Source: the human T2T-CHM13v2.0 reference genome, Homo sapiens
Direction: 5' to 3' (one strand)
NCBI RefSeq assembly: GCF_009914755.1
Contig: NC_060934.1
Length of the DNA: 64,000 nt
The notes under the pieces are model-generated. The model saw only the letters and a list, made by a program, of their open reading frames with translations. It was not told the origin of the DNA and made no database searches. Position 1 is the first letter of the stretch. Every line of letters starts with the position of its first letter. Both the position numbers and the translations under genes were made by a program. Shown here piece after piece: positions 1 through 14,391 of this stretch.

Positions 1-224
1 TAATTAGCCATGATTGAAGGATAGTGAAGAAGAAGATTAAAGGCATTAATTATAGAAGAGACAAAGAATAAGCAGACTTTTCTTAAAATGTAGTATAAAA
101 CAGTTTTGTTAGCCAGAGAATAAAGATATTTGTATTCCATTAAATATTCTATGCTTTTATTTTTTTCAGACACATTTTCTTGTACATTTGTGTATTTCAT
201 GTGTTTCCCAAATCAATTTTGAGA

Positions 225-610
225 TCATAGAATGCATGGTCTGTCATTGTCTCTCCAGAGCAGGACAATCTGACAAGTGGTCACCCAGCCTCTACCCAGT
301 GGTGGCCCCCAAAGCAGCCTTGTTAGTTTAAAAAGAAAAAAAAAAAAAACTCTTATTATTTGAAAGAGCCTTCTTTCCTTGAATTGACTTGCTTATTCTA
401 ACTTCCACCCACAGTTTCTGTTCCCCAGAACTGCCACAGGGAGGTTCTGACCCTGAATAAATGGCAACCTCTCAGATATCAAAAGGCTCACGTACTAAAT
501 CTTTCCTCCAAATCCCCAAGGCCTCTACGGCCTTTCTGTTACGATTGAATTTTAGCTGATTTAATATCTGTTCCTAAACAGTGACCAAACAATAATTCAG
601 TTAAGCTTAT
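225..610 (-). mobile_element. L3/CR1 LINE fragment
   Basis: Resembles reverse-complement CR1/L3 3' region (gacaagtggtcacccagcctct..., aacttccacccacag...); very degenerate. Confidence 0.5.
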
Positions 611-1139
611 ATCCAACCAGAGGATCATTATGTAAATTTGAGTGAGGGTAGAGAGAGTGAAGGAAAATGAAATATTCTGCCTCATTTACCTTTAGAAACT
701 TGTAACTTGACTTAAAAAAAAAAAAAAACTTTTAAACTGAATATATTGGTGTCAGAGAGATCTAGACCAGTATGTTTTTAAAAATTCCATGCCTAAGGTA
801 ATATTTCATCTGCTTTTCTAGCTTTATTCTCTTTTTTCTATCTTCTACTACTTTTTTAATAAGCTTAAAGTAGAAAGAATTAAAAGGCACCTATTTTCTT
901 TACTCAGTTTCTTACACATACTTCAAGCTTCACATAGATGTTCGTTAGCATTAAAAATGTTCGGGGGTTTTTAAATGAACACATTTTCTCTTACTCTGCC
1001 ATCTGCCAAACCAGTGCAGTTCCTATATGATTTATGTGAGATAACCCAGAAGAGTCAGAGACATAAATAAAAACTAAAAATCCATCAGTGGTAATTAGAA
1101 TCTGTCTAATGACAATGGTGATGTTTGGAAGAATATATT

Positions 1140-1400
1140 ATACATGTTCCTGTCTCAGGACTTTTTAATATCCTTCTCTTTTTTGCTGAAAATCTTTTCT
1201 CCCCAAGGTCCACATAGCTTACTTCCTTACCTGCTTCAAGTCTTTACTCAAATGTCACCTTTTCAGTGAGGCCTTGCAGAGCCAGACCCTATAAAATTGT
1301 GCTTCCCCCTTCCTCATGCCAACATACTTCTAACCACCAACATTTCCTGCCTTATTTTTCTCCATAACATCCATCATAATCTTACCTATGCTTTTTCTCA
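1140..1400 (+). mobile_element. L2 LINE 3' fragment
   Basis: ttcaagtctttactcaaatgtcaccttttcagtgaggcctt matches L2 3' consensus. Confidence 0.7.
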
Positions 1401-1640
1401 TTATTATTTGTGAAATATATCATGTGTACAGGAGAGTGTACAAAATACATATGCACAGTTTAGAACAAACACCTGGGTAAGCAAACACCTGTCTAATCAC
1501 CACCCAGGTTAAGAAATAAGAAGCTCCCTGGGTGTTCGGAAAGGTAACCACTGTTTCAACTTTTATGATAGTCATTCCCATATGTTTTCTTATTATTTTA
1601 TCAATTATGTATATTTGTGAATAATAATACAGACTTTAGT
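1400..1640 (-). mobile_element. L1ME-type 3' end fragment
   Basis: caccacccaggttaagaaata...ggtaaccactgtttcaacttt typical of antisense L1ME 3' UTR. Confidence 0.6.
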
Positions 1641-2029
1641 CATTTATTCTAGTTAAAACAACAGACTAAGATATCTGGCACTCTTTGTATATAGATGAGT
1701 TCCTAGACCTATTCCAGAATACTCCAAAACTTATTCTCAGCCCAAGCAACTTGACTCTTCCTTCACCAGCTCTCTTAACTCTGTCTATTTCACCCCCAAC
1801 CTTCCATCTCTTTCCAACCTTTCTTCCCTAGTTTGGCATACCCCTACTAGATGTTTAGATTCTTCTCCAATTCTCTTAACAGGACAGTCTTCACTTTTGA
1901 TATGAGTCAGAATCAACTGACCAAGGTAATCAAATTTTAATGAAAATAGGTAATTTCTTTCATTCCTGAAACAAATTTAAATAGTTATAGAGTTTCTGCT
2001 ATTTGTTACCTATTCTAGTAACAGAAAAC

Positions 2030-2560
2030 CTCATGCTTATCTGGACAGCCAAACTTTTTGTTCTCTGGTACAATCCTCAGAGTGACTTTGCTTTGCTTAC
2101 AGTTATCCCATGTACAATTTCCATTTAGATTTATTCCAAAGATTTCAGCAAGCATACTGCTTCACAGATGATCTCACTTTGTTTTGATAATGTGCTCAAT
2201 CATTTCATATACAATCAAAATGAGTAATCAGAGGTTATGCAAATGAAACTTTATCATCATTGGGACTGCTGCCTATTTGCAAGTATCCTTCATCCTCATC
2301 TAGTTGAAGTTAGCTATTATTCTATTCTACAGAATTTTCAGTGGAACAATGTCCACCTTTCTTTTGTACGCTACAGAGTCCAGAGAACTGTACTCATTTT
2401 CTTTTTATGTTGTTAGAACTAGATGTATCATTCAGCTATAATCTGAGTTCTACAATAGCTGTAATCACTGTGTCACTGGCCCCTGAAATGAATTCTTAGA
2501 TTGGGCAATCACTACACTATCAACATATATTGGGTGTAGCATCTAAATCTTCTGTTGAGA
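2030..2560 (-). mobile_element. Probable RTE-clade LINE remnant (MamRTE1/L4-like), endonuclease-tether region
   Basis: Minus-strand translation gives SGASD..ELRL*L (compare RTE PGADCGSDH..KFRLKL), then LWNK and KVWLS in the expected order; many stops and frameshifts. Confidence 0.4.
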
Positions 2561-3834
2561 ATATTGCCGTTTTACTTATCTAAAACAGTATGCAGTAAGT
2601 GTAGCAGTATATATCTAAATTAACTTCTTTTGTAGCATTTTATCAGTGTTCTGCCTTTTCTCTACATTGGCTGCATTTTACCAGAAACAAAAGTTGTGGA
2701 GCAGTAAATTATCCATAGATAGTCTAGAAGCTCTTTTGATAAAGGATATTCAAAATGTTATATGAAAAAAATATAAGTTTTTCTTTAGTTTTTTCATTTA
2801 TTAGCTTCAGCATTTTTCATTTATTTCTTCATTCAAAGAACAGGTTTTTAACTGATAGCTAAAATTATTATATCCTCTGCTCAATACGGTTAAGTTCAAA
2901 TAGGCAAAAATATACACAGAACTCTACTTCTAAAAATATAACTGAAATATCTATTTTCAGTTTGAAAAAAAAATCATTCTTTCTAGAGGGTACCTAGCTT
3001 CAGTGGCAGACTGATCCAGTTCTTTGAGAGACATGTTATTGCCAGATATTTAGAATAAGTAGTATTTGGAAGAATACAAATATACAAATGATTTTTTCCA
3101 TATAAGTAGTAAAACTTTAAGGAGATGCTTTAAAGAAGAGGCTTAAACATTTTTTCATCACTACCACAAAATAATAATTTCACCATTTTTAAGGGTTTGG
3201 CACTGAACTGATTATGAAAAGAAAGTCTTGTTGCAAGACTTCAATGAAAATAAAATATAGTATTTTTAATAATTGTATGGTTAGTCATTATCTGTGCCCT
3301 ACTGATTTTTGGTCATAAGGTTATATTTGAAGAAATGTCTTCTTTTATATATTCAACTTCAACTCAATCATGTAATAAACTTATCTGGCATGTGAAGAAT
3401 TTTATGTAGTCTCTCATCATAGAAAATGATGGTAGGTTGCCCATCTGGCAAAGGTTGTAAGTTCAGATATGCTGATGATTATTATCTGTGTTAAAGCAGC
3501 CTCAACACTTTCCAAAATATATTCATATAATAGTAGCTCATTATCTATATTAAACCACAATAAAGTTAATATTAATACCATGGATTTTATAAAATAACTT
3601 TGAAGAAGCTGAAAGCTTCATTTAGTTTAATAATAAGATGCTTGAGGACCACTTTGGTTTTAATAAAAACATGGAAAGTAGCAGATGAGAAAGAACCATA
3701 AAGATGCCAGTCGAATAGCTGTAATACCAATTAGTTGGCAATTGATTCATTCATCAAATATTTATTGACTACCCACTATATTTATGTACCATCACACCTT
3801 GGACCAATAGAAACTGAATTAAGTTTTAAAACTA

Positions 3835-4055
3835 CGATGAATAAGGGTGCAAATGAGGAATGACTGATTGATAATCCCAATGAGTGTGGGATTTTTCTTT
3901 GTGGTGGGTGATGAAAATGTTCTATAATTACATGACAACAATGGTTGCACAATTCTGTGATTATACTAAAAATCAATGAACTATGTGCATCCACTCTAAA
4001 CATGTTGATTTTATGGTATGTGAATTAAATCTCAGTACAGCTACTTAGAAAAACA
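3835..4055 (+). mobile_element. L1MB-type 3' end
   Basis: gggtgatgaaaatgttcta...atggttgcacaattctgtga...ttttatggtatgtgaattaaatctca. Confidence 0.75.
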
Positions 4056-4264
4056 AAGCTTTATTGATGGAAGACAACAATGTCATAATGATATTGATCA
4101 TAAAGTTATTGGCTCTCAGCCAGTGTTGAACAAGTAGACAAGTGTGCATCAAACGGTTTATGAGACAATCCTAAAGAAGTCGGACTATTTGGATTTGGGA
4201 TTAACATTTGCTCTACTTTGCATGCACAAGAAAACTCAGGCCTTGTGACACAGTATGCATGCCT

Positions 4265-6520
4265 GTTTTTAAACAATCACAAATTTACAAAAAAGTATTT
4301 ACAAGTATATATAAAGAATTTTTTTCCTCATACCATTTCAGAGTAATTTGCCACCTGACACCCTTTTATCTCCTAATACTTTGATGTATATCTCCTAAAA
4401 AAGGAACATTTTCCACATAACCACAATGTAGCCATCAAAATGGAGAAATTAACACTGATGTACGACTACCACCTAATCCTGACTCCATTCAAGTTACAGC
4501 AATTTTTCCATTTACAGCAAAATTATAGCAAAAGAATCTAGTTTAGAATCATGCGTTGCATTTAGTTTCCTCAGTATACAACAGTTTCACAGTCTTTCCT
4601 TGACTTTCATGGGCTTGATAATTTTGAATAATTATTTTATAATGGATTTTAGAATGTCCCTCAATTTGGATTTGTTCAGTGTTTCCTCATGATTACATCC
4701 AGGTAATGTAATCTTTAGTGGTGATATTCACTTCAGCAAAAGTGATTCTATATTCTTTTCATTGCATCCTATTGGGATGTGCACAATGTCATCTTGTGCA
4801 TTGCTGATGATGTTTGCTTTAATCATTTGCATAAGGTAGTGTTTTCTTCAATATAAAATTATTATTTTCCTTTGTACAATTAATAAGTTCTTTATGGGAA
4901 ACACTATTAAACTATGTAAACCTCCCATTCCTTATCAAACTTTCAATTTAATATTTCCTTATTTATATGACACCTTCCTATTTTATTCACTGAATAATAA
5001 CCTGTTACTATCATTATTTTGATGCTCAAATTGTCCCAGATCTGAGAGGCCCCTTTAAGATGGCTTCTGTGTCCTTTTGAAAAGTCTCTATATTCTTTGA
5101 GCATTTCTTTACTTTCTGGCACAAGATATTCCAGTCTCATCTTGTACTTTCTATGCCTCAGTGATTTCTCCAGAAAGTCCTGGTTTCTTTTAGTGGAAAA
5201 TGGTATTTAGAAGCCACAATCTGACATTAGGTGTGCTCACTGCTATTGAGGTATTGCTGCTTCCAGGCCTCTCTGTAGACAGAGCTGGAAAACATATCTA
5301 TGTATATATACATTTACATGTATATTTATTTCTCTGTCTATATACTGAACACCATGAGTTTATATAAATGGCTAAAATTCTGATCCAGAATCCAAGGTTC
5401 ATTTATCTGTTCCCATATTTATAACTCCTTTACCTAATTAGGTGATGAACCCGGTTTCCATTATCCTTAATGTATTGAGTCAAAAATAAAGCCTCCTTTT
5501 ATGTGACCAGTCTCCTGGTCTCAGCTTTCCTCCCATCCCCAGTGCAGATTCCAGTCTCCCATGTATTAGTCCGTTCTCACACTGCTATAAAGACATACCT
5601 GAGACTGCGTAATTTATAAAGAAAAGAAGTTTAATTGGCTCATGGTTCTGTGTGCTATACAGGCTTCTGCTTCTGGGGAGACCTCAGGAAACTTACAATC
5701 ATGGTGGAAGGCTAAGGGGAAGCAAGTGCATCATTACATGGCTGGCAGGAGAGGGAGAGAGACAGCAAAAGAGGAGGTGCTAAATGCTTTGAAACAACCA
5801 GATCTCTTGCAAACTCTATCATGAGACAGCACTAGAGGGATGGTGCGAAGTGCTAAACCACTGGAAACCACCCCCATGATCCAATCACCTCCCACCAGGC
5901 CCCACCTTCAACACTCGGGATCACAATTCAATGTGAGATTTGGGTGGGGACACAGAGCCAAACCATATCATCCCCCATTCAATCTCCAAAACCCATGCTG
6001 GGCTGGCTTCTGCCCCACACGGATCCCTCCTTATCCTGCTAATGCCCTTGTGCTGAGTGCCAGATCACTCCCACATCTAGCTTCCCTCCTCACTCTGCCT
6101 GGGCACCTGAACTCCAAATCCCTGTGCAGAGTTGTCCCCTGAATGCACACACATCTCACCTCACTCAGGCTTTGGATCCCCACATGGGCCACAACATGCT
6201 GCACTCTGCTGGCTCTCAGACACTTCATGCCAGGCTGCCTCTCTGTGGAGATGCCGTCATCACCCTGCTTGGGACAGCTTTAAAACAGGCAACTGCCATA
6301 TGCGGTTGCCTTTTCCACCCCACTCATGTTCTGATGCCACGTCTGCCCTCCTTCACATGTACCTCCTCACCCCAATGGGGCTCTGATGCGTGTTCTGGCA
6401 CACCATGGTTTCCCCTTCCCACCTAATCTGGACACCTACCTTGCTCTGCTGCCCCTAATGGCTTTAGGACTAAATTGTTGAAACAGGTAAGCAAAAGGAA
6501 GCAAAAGGGAAGGGGAAGGG
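4265..6520 (-). mobile_element. L1MC4/L1MC5-type element, interrupted by an MST LTR
   Basis: Antisense L1MC 3' UTR motifs (cacataaccacaatg..catcaaaatggagaaattaacactgat) and the C-rich internal region ending cctaatggctttaggactaaattgtt. Confidence 0.65.
5562..5970 (-). mobile_element. MSTA-like MaLR solo LTR
   Basis: tgtattagtccgttctcacactgctataaag...gggacacagagccaaaccatatca; TG..CA ends; near TSD tccca/tcccc. Confidence 0.9.
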
Positions 6521-7244
6521 GAAAAGCTCATGCAATATTTTAACTTAACACATCTTTCTCACCCACTGGACTGAAGTTCATGGCCGAAGGAACCACATTT
6601 TTTCCATCTTTTTATTCTCAGTTCTTAACAAAGTATCTGATTCATAGAGGTAGGTAGCAGTGCAATAAATGCTTGTTAAATTAACCTCATTCAAGTGGAA
6701 AGCTGAGAACTTAAGCAATTCCAGTCTTTGGCTCTTATCAGTGATCTCAGTCAAACCCTTTGAGCATTATTTTCGAAAGGAAAGTAAATCATAAGCAGTT
6801 TGGCCAGTTGTCCTCCAAAGAGGATCTTTCTGAAAAAATGTAACAAAATGAAGCCTTTTCATGGGGGCTAACCCTTCTATATACAATTTGCTAACAATAT
6901 AAATTAAATCTATTGATTTATTTTGAAATCATAAACTTAAAAAGAGCAATGTTCATTAGATGTAGAGCTTTTATTCTTAATTAGTATCAAAAATCATTGA
7001 TCAGAATTATGCCTTCTTTCTTCCATTTTCATAATATAGGCAAGTGAATTAGTTTCCATATAGTTTCAACCTTATAGCTCCTCCAAGAAATGTAATAAAC
7101 AAAAAGATAATTAAATGATATTTGGACTGAAGCATTACATAGGAATAACAAACATAAAGGCTTTATTCTAAAATATAGGGACCTTGACTTTTAGTTCCTG
7201 TTAATGGCAGGAACAAGCTTTTATTTGTGTCTTTTCTGGGAAGT

Positions 7245-7960
7245 TTGTTCATTTATTCAAAATGTAGTTATTAGACAACTCAGGCCAGCAACATAATTTG
7301 TGGGGCCCAGTACAAAATGAAAATGCAGGGCCTCTTGTTCAAAAAGTAGGAAAAATAGGCCTTTAAAAGTCCTAAAATATGACACCTTTTCCTTTCTTCC
7401 GTGGTCTCTCTCCTGGCCTTTCGAATAGTGTTTTTTAATTTGCAATTTAATTTTACACTCAGGCACTGGGATACTCACCAAGCAGGTATCAACTTTTATA
7501 GGCACCTGAAGGCTCACCTGGGGCAGAAGGAAGGGCTGGGGTGCAGGCATCCACAGCCCACCAACTGCAAGGCTTCTTCTGCCAATTTTTGGACTGACAC
7601 TGGGGATATTAGAATGAACAAAACAGACAAAAAGTCCCTGCATCATGGAATGTACATGTCAGCAGAAGACTCAGTTAAAAAAAAAAATTGTATGTGTGCA
7701 CGTGTGTGTAGTATCTGTTAGGTAGTGATAAACCCTTTGACAATCAATAAACAAAGCAGGAAAGTGGGGTTTGGAGTACTCAGTGTAGTGGATAGAAATG
7801 GGCTCCAATTTGAAGTAGGTTAGGAAAGCCTTCACTAAGAAGATGACATTCAAGCAAAGATCTGGGAGAAGTACAGGAGCCAGCCATAGGGCTATCTGGG
7901 CTGAGATGTTGCAGGCAGTGGCAGGAGCAAATGCAAATTCTTCTCAGTCAATGTTGCAAA
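7245..7960 (-). mobile_element. L2 fragment, split by MER45
   Basis: ttcatttattcaa...; gaatgaacaaaacagacaaaaagtccctgcatcatgga; gaagatgacattcaagcaaagatctg. Confidence 0.65.
7281..7480 (+). mobile_element. MER45-family hAT (Tip100) DNA transposon
   Basis: caggccagcaacataatttgtggggcccagtacaaaatgaaaatgcagggcctcttgttcaaaaa matches the MER45 terminus; right boundary uncertain (may reach about 7590). Confidence 0.75.
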
Positions 7961-7995
7961 TACTTCAGTGAGACAGTCTAATTTTCTCAGAGACC

Positions 7996-8293
7996 TTTTT
8001 TTTTCTTTTTTTGAGACGGAGTCTCGCTCTGTTGCCCAGGCTGCAGTGCAGTGGCACGATCTCCGCTCACTGCAAGCTCTGCCTCCCGGGTTCACGCCAT
8101 TCTCCTGCCTCAGCCTCCTGAGTAGCTGGGTCTACAGGCACCTGCCACCACGCCCGGCTAATTTTTTGTATTTTTCGTAGAGACGGGGTTTCACCGTGTT
8201 AGCCAGGATGGTCTCGATCTCCTGACCTTGTGATCCGCCCACCTCGGCCTCCCCAAGTGCTGGGATTACAGGCAGGAGCCACCGCGCCCAGCC
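7996..8293 (-). mobile_element. AluY-like SINE
   Basis: Full dimer with AluY diagnostics (tgcaagctc, ttcacgccatt, ccgtgttagccaggatggtctcgatctc); TSD tctcagagac at 7985-7994 and 8294-8303. Confidence 0.95.
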
Positions 8294-8329
8294 TCTCAGA
8301 GACTTCTTTTTACTCCACACCCCACCTAC

Positions 8330-9300
<971 letters not shown>

Positions 9301-9697
9301 TAACGTTATTAATGCAACTCATATTATTAATTGTAATGGTAGTAAATTCTACAATAACACACCTGGCAATAATGCAAATTAGAATAGCTTGAATTGAAAC
9401 ATGGAATGATTGGAAAGCAGCTTTTTCTCCTCTACCTGATTCCTTTTCTCAGGAAGGAGAAGGGAACATAGAGGCCTCTCCCTCATGGGGATGCTGGACA
9501 GGGAAAAATCAGACAATCCTATTTCAGGAAACAGAGAGGTGGGGGTTAGTTCCCAGTATTCTCCCAGCCCATTCTCTCTGGATCAGGCCAACAAAACATT
9601 CACCAATTAACGAAGAGATTCCTGGAATCACAGTTGCTCTCCCAGAAGTCCCAGCCAGGCCCCAGAATTCTGCCCATCAATTTTTATGTTAGAGCAG

Positions 9698-9716
9698 TCA
9701 CCACTAGGTGGTGCCG
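9698..9716 (+). promoter_or_regulatory. Candidate CTCF binding site
   Basis: CCACTAGGTGGTGCC (9701-9715), one mismatch to core CCASYAGRKGGCRS. Confidence 0.55.
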
Positions 9717-9872
9717 AACTTCAGCCCAGGGTAGGTGAAATTTGCATCAAATAGACTCAGAACTTCCAGATGTCCAGTTGCACAGGCTCACCTTGGCCAT
9801 TTAGCTAATCTCATAATAACACAACCCTACATTTTACACAGCTGAATTTCTGGGGCACTACTTATTGCATTA

Positions 9873-10435
<563 letters not shown>

Positions 10436-10690
10436 TCATATTTCTGCTATACTTCAATTTAATGATCAAAGAAAGGAAGGAAAGAGACAGTGGAGAAGAA
10501 AAGTAGGGAAAGAAACAGAAAGAGAAGGGGAGAAAGATATGTTTGACAGAAAAGTAAATGAAGTATGTTACCGTCTGTTTTTTTCAACCCCAGAGGTCTG
10601 ATTCCCCCGCAGGAAAGAGTTGCTTCTAGCCTGTCCTTTATCTCTGCACCTGCCCTGCTTATCTCCTGCACCAGAGGCTCCTACCATGAC

Positions 10691-11023
10691 CATTAATGGA
10701 CTGAGTTTTTGTGTCCCTACGAAATGCATAGCTTGAAGCCCTAACCCCCAATGTGATGGTATTAAGAAGTGGGGCTTCAGGAAGGTAATTAGGTTTAGAT
10801 GAGGTCATGAGGGTGAGTTTTCTCTCTCTCTTTCTGTCATGTGAGGACACAGCAAGAAGGCAGCCATCTGCAAGCCAGGAGGAGAGTCATCACCAGAACC
10901 TAGCCACACAGGTTCCCTGATCTAGGACTTCCCAGCCTCCGGAACTACAAGAAATAAATGTCTGTTGGTTAAGCCACCCCAGTCTATGACACTGTGTTGT
11001 AGCAGTCAGAGCAGGTGAAAACT
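10691..11023 (+). mobile_element. MLT1A/MLT1A0-like MaLR LTR (internally deleted)
   Basis: gaagccctaacccccaatgtgatggtatta...catgtgaggacacagcaagaaggcagccatctgcaagccagga...gaaataaatgtctgttggttaagccacccc. Confidence 0.85.
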
Positions 11024-11730
11024 GTAACTTGTTATTCTCTAAGGAAAATACAGGTCTTCTTCTCAGGCCTGTCTTCAGAAACAGGTTCACATCCCCATCT
11101 TCCAGTCATTGAACTAAATGGAAAAGTTTTTGTCTTCCTAGTCATTGTCTGCACCTAAACACAGGCTTCCCCATCTGTAGTCCTAGTCTGTTCCTTTTCT
11201 TTGGTGAGGATAACCCTTCCTGTCTTGCTTTAACACCCTGTATTTTCCATTCATTAGTGACTCAGACCTCTGATAATGGTATACTAGTTAACCCCCTGTC
11301 TCGTCTGACTTTAAATGATTGCCTGTTTTGACCTTGAGGAAATATGAGTCCACTAGGAACTACAATCTTTATGGCCACTTGAAAATCTTTATTCCACTTA
11401 AGGTGGAATAGGGTACCTTGCCACAGAGGAAACAAGTAAGGAGAGAAAGAGAGTAAAGATCAGTGAGAGGAAGAGAAAACTAAAACTACTAGTATAAAAA
11501 GTTCTGAAATTTCAGCAAATTATTTTGCTTCCAACTGTACTTAACCATTCTGCCCTTTATTTGCAATAAAAATATTGGGGTATTATTATCTTTGAAATGC
11601 AAATTATGTGGTTAACCATTGTTCACTTTCTAAACCCTGTAAGTATTTAACTTGTGGATGGGGAATATTGTTTGGGACTGTATTGGTTGCAAACCAAAAT
11701 GATCTACACTCACACAGCTTAGTGTCAACA

Positions 11731-11813
11731 TTAACATGACTTTACTTTTTAGCTGTCTTTGTTAACATGACTTTACTGTCCTACTGTCTTCATCAACATG
11801 ATTTTACTATTCC
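11731..11813 (+). repeat. About 31-bp degenerate tandem repeat, 2.7 copies
   Basis: ttaacatgactttact... at 11731 and 11762; tcaacatgattttact at 11793. Confidence 0.85.
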
Positions 11814-12095
11814 AAGAAACTCTTGCCTCGGAAGATAAAAATAGCAAATGATTTTCTTGTCCCTTTCAGAAACTTTTTGAAAATTCATTTAAAGGAATAT
11901 TAAATAATTCAACTTTCACAGTTAGCATCAGATGAATGTTTATGCTCCAAAATTCATTGTGAAACCTTCAGCTTGTGTGTCTTCCAAACTTAAATTATTA
12001 TGTAGTGTCTTAACCAATGTTAAGACATTAGTGTCAGCATTACTGACACACAATCAAATGCTCCCCTATGGAAAAACTTGCCTTAAAAAAAAAAG

Positions 12096-12097
<2 letters not shown>

Positions 12098-12144
<47 letters not shown>
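12098..12144. repeat. (CA)n microsatellite
   Basis: About 23 perfect AC units. Confidence 0.97.
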
Positions 12145-12147
<3 letters not shown>

Positions 12148-14084
12148 CAAAAAAAACAGAATTTCTACCTTCCGCCCCCCACCACCACACACACACACCT
12201 AAATTCTCTTAAATATCCCGACTTTGCCTTCCTCCTCCCAGAGACTACTAAGGCCATGTCAAGGAAGCTGTCTCCCCTATGGTGGTAAACAATGAACTCA
12301 GCTCTGTCATATGACAGGCTATAAAAAGCTGATTTTGTTGATATTCTGGGAAAGCTACCATTCAGCAGGCAAGTGATTGAAGCCATTTCCTCTCAAACTT
12401 ATGAAAGTAAACTAAAGGTCTGATTCTGCCCAGGGAGGAAGTTTCTCCACTCTATCATATAGAATCCATATGTCCATCATACTTTTATTTGAAAAGAAGG
12501 GATGCTAACTCTCAGAAGCATGTCATAGTAAGCACAGAAGTGGAAAAAAAGAATTGATCATTTTTGTGAGGGAAAACTTAATGAAAAAATTACAAAATCA
12601 TTATAAATACAATTCATTTGAAGTTATGTTTTGAGATTACATTATTTTCTCTCTGGCATTTAGACACCTAAAATTCACTTTAAAATATGTTGGTGAACAA
12701 ATCTCATTCTCCAGAAGTACATTTTTAAAATGGCAATATTTCATAATAACAGTATAAAATGAAAATAATTGACTATCTCTTGCCTTGTGGGACTTGGCTT
12801 TTAGTCTAAATAGATATGAAACAAAATGACATTCATCTATATGAGACGTTTGTTAACTTAAAAGAAATTAAGTCAGAAGCCTATAAGGCTAATCCATAAA
12901 TCAGCAAATCAGATAAATTAGTAAAACTTTTCCAGAATATTATCCAGGGGCTCCTTACTCCTTTGCAATTTGTTACCTGTTTTACATGTCCTTTTAGGAA
13001 GGGTTCATTTCCCATTGACAGGCAAAAAGAATATATGAAATTAGAATTTTCAACAGCTTGCAACATTTGTGTCATTTTTGATTTAACAATTTTAGAAGAC
13101 TTGTTCCAAAATTACACCTGAATTTCATTTTCTTTGTAGTTTTCTAAAATGCTGCTACTATCAGGACATAATAAAAGCCACACAGCCAGTACTAGAAATG
13201 CTGTCATGTAACCACTAAGACCACACTAAAAGGCAAAATGCTGCAGCTGAAAGTATTTTTAATGACTTGAAATTGCTTGGAATGCTTTCTAGAAGTAAAA
13301 GGGTGCAGATTTATTTACCTAGTATACTTACCTAAATTAATTTGGCAAGATTATTTTGGTTCAAATCTCATTCAATAAAATTTATGTTAATATTTTTAAG
13401 TGGTTTTTTTCCTGAAGGATATAATATATTGCATTAACACAAATTTACAACAGTCATGAAAGTAAAAGGTAAATTAAGCCATTTCTGAAATATGAATAAG
13501 GACTACATTTTTAAATAGACTACATTTATGATTTTATGTGACCTTGCAGATAAACATCACTATGTAAACTGTTAATGAGAACAAATAGAATCACATTCTA
13601 TTTTTAGTTTTTCCTGATGTATAGTTTCCATTAGAGATATGGAGGAAACTTTATTCTTGCATAATTTTTGTTTTAGAAGTTTGGGTTTTTTTGTGTTTTT
13701 TTTTTAACATTTTAAGCAAATGGGCTTTTTATATATCTTTTTGATTCGGTACATTCCTTACTACAGAATGAATCCTAGTGAAATTCTCACTATAGGCCAT
13801 TTTTCCATGTTTTTTTCTTTTATGGAAATTTTAACCATGGTTACTAACATATAAATAAACTCTTTTAACTGCAAAGTCAGAATGGGTATACTTTGTTATG
13901 AACATATTAACTTATTCCAGTTTCATGTCTTGTGTTTTTCTGCACTCATTAACATCTCCTTGATACTTGGGATCATGGCCTGGCCAATACGCATAAAGAT
14001 GACGAGATATCTATGGACTACAGTACATCTGTTTAATAATTAGTAATTGTTATGCATTGTAAATGAACGATTTTGACTCATACC

Positions 14085-14320
14085 ACTGACATTTAATTAG
14101 TTTTTACTATATTCCAGGTACATATGAGAATGTCACATAATTATCTTCTTTAATTTTTACAGTAACTGTTATCATTACTTCAGAAAGGAACAAAACTCCA
14201 TTTAGAGAGGTTAAATAGAAGGTCCAAAACATGTAGCAAGTAAAAAGTATCCAGAACTTAGATCCAGGTTTGTATACTACTCCCTAATTGGGGCTCTTAA
14301 CTACTTTGATGCATTGCCTT
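14085..14320 (-). mobile_element. MIR
   Basis: ttagagaggttaaata...ccagaacttagatccaggtttgt. Confidence 0.65.
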
Positions 14321-14391
14321 TTAAACTTACTTTCTTGATTATCTATTTGACTAACATCTCCCCAGGACACACAAAATACTTGAATTCATGC

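Larger units (their letters stand above)
11678..12366 (+). mobile_element. ERV1 LTR, MER67-like
   Basis: Starts tgtattggttgcaaaccaaaatg; ends aatgaactcagctctgtc...gatattctgggaaagctaccattcagca, resembling MER67 termini. Confidence 0.55.

Noticed and set aside
5642-6426. Overlapping 60-100 aa ORFs in a GC-richer block
   Set aside because: They lie within the MST LTR and the C-rich part of an L1MC element
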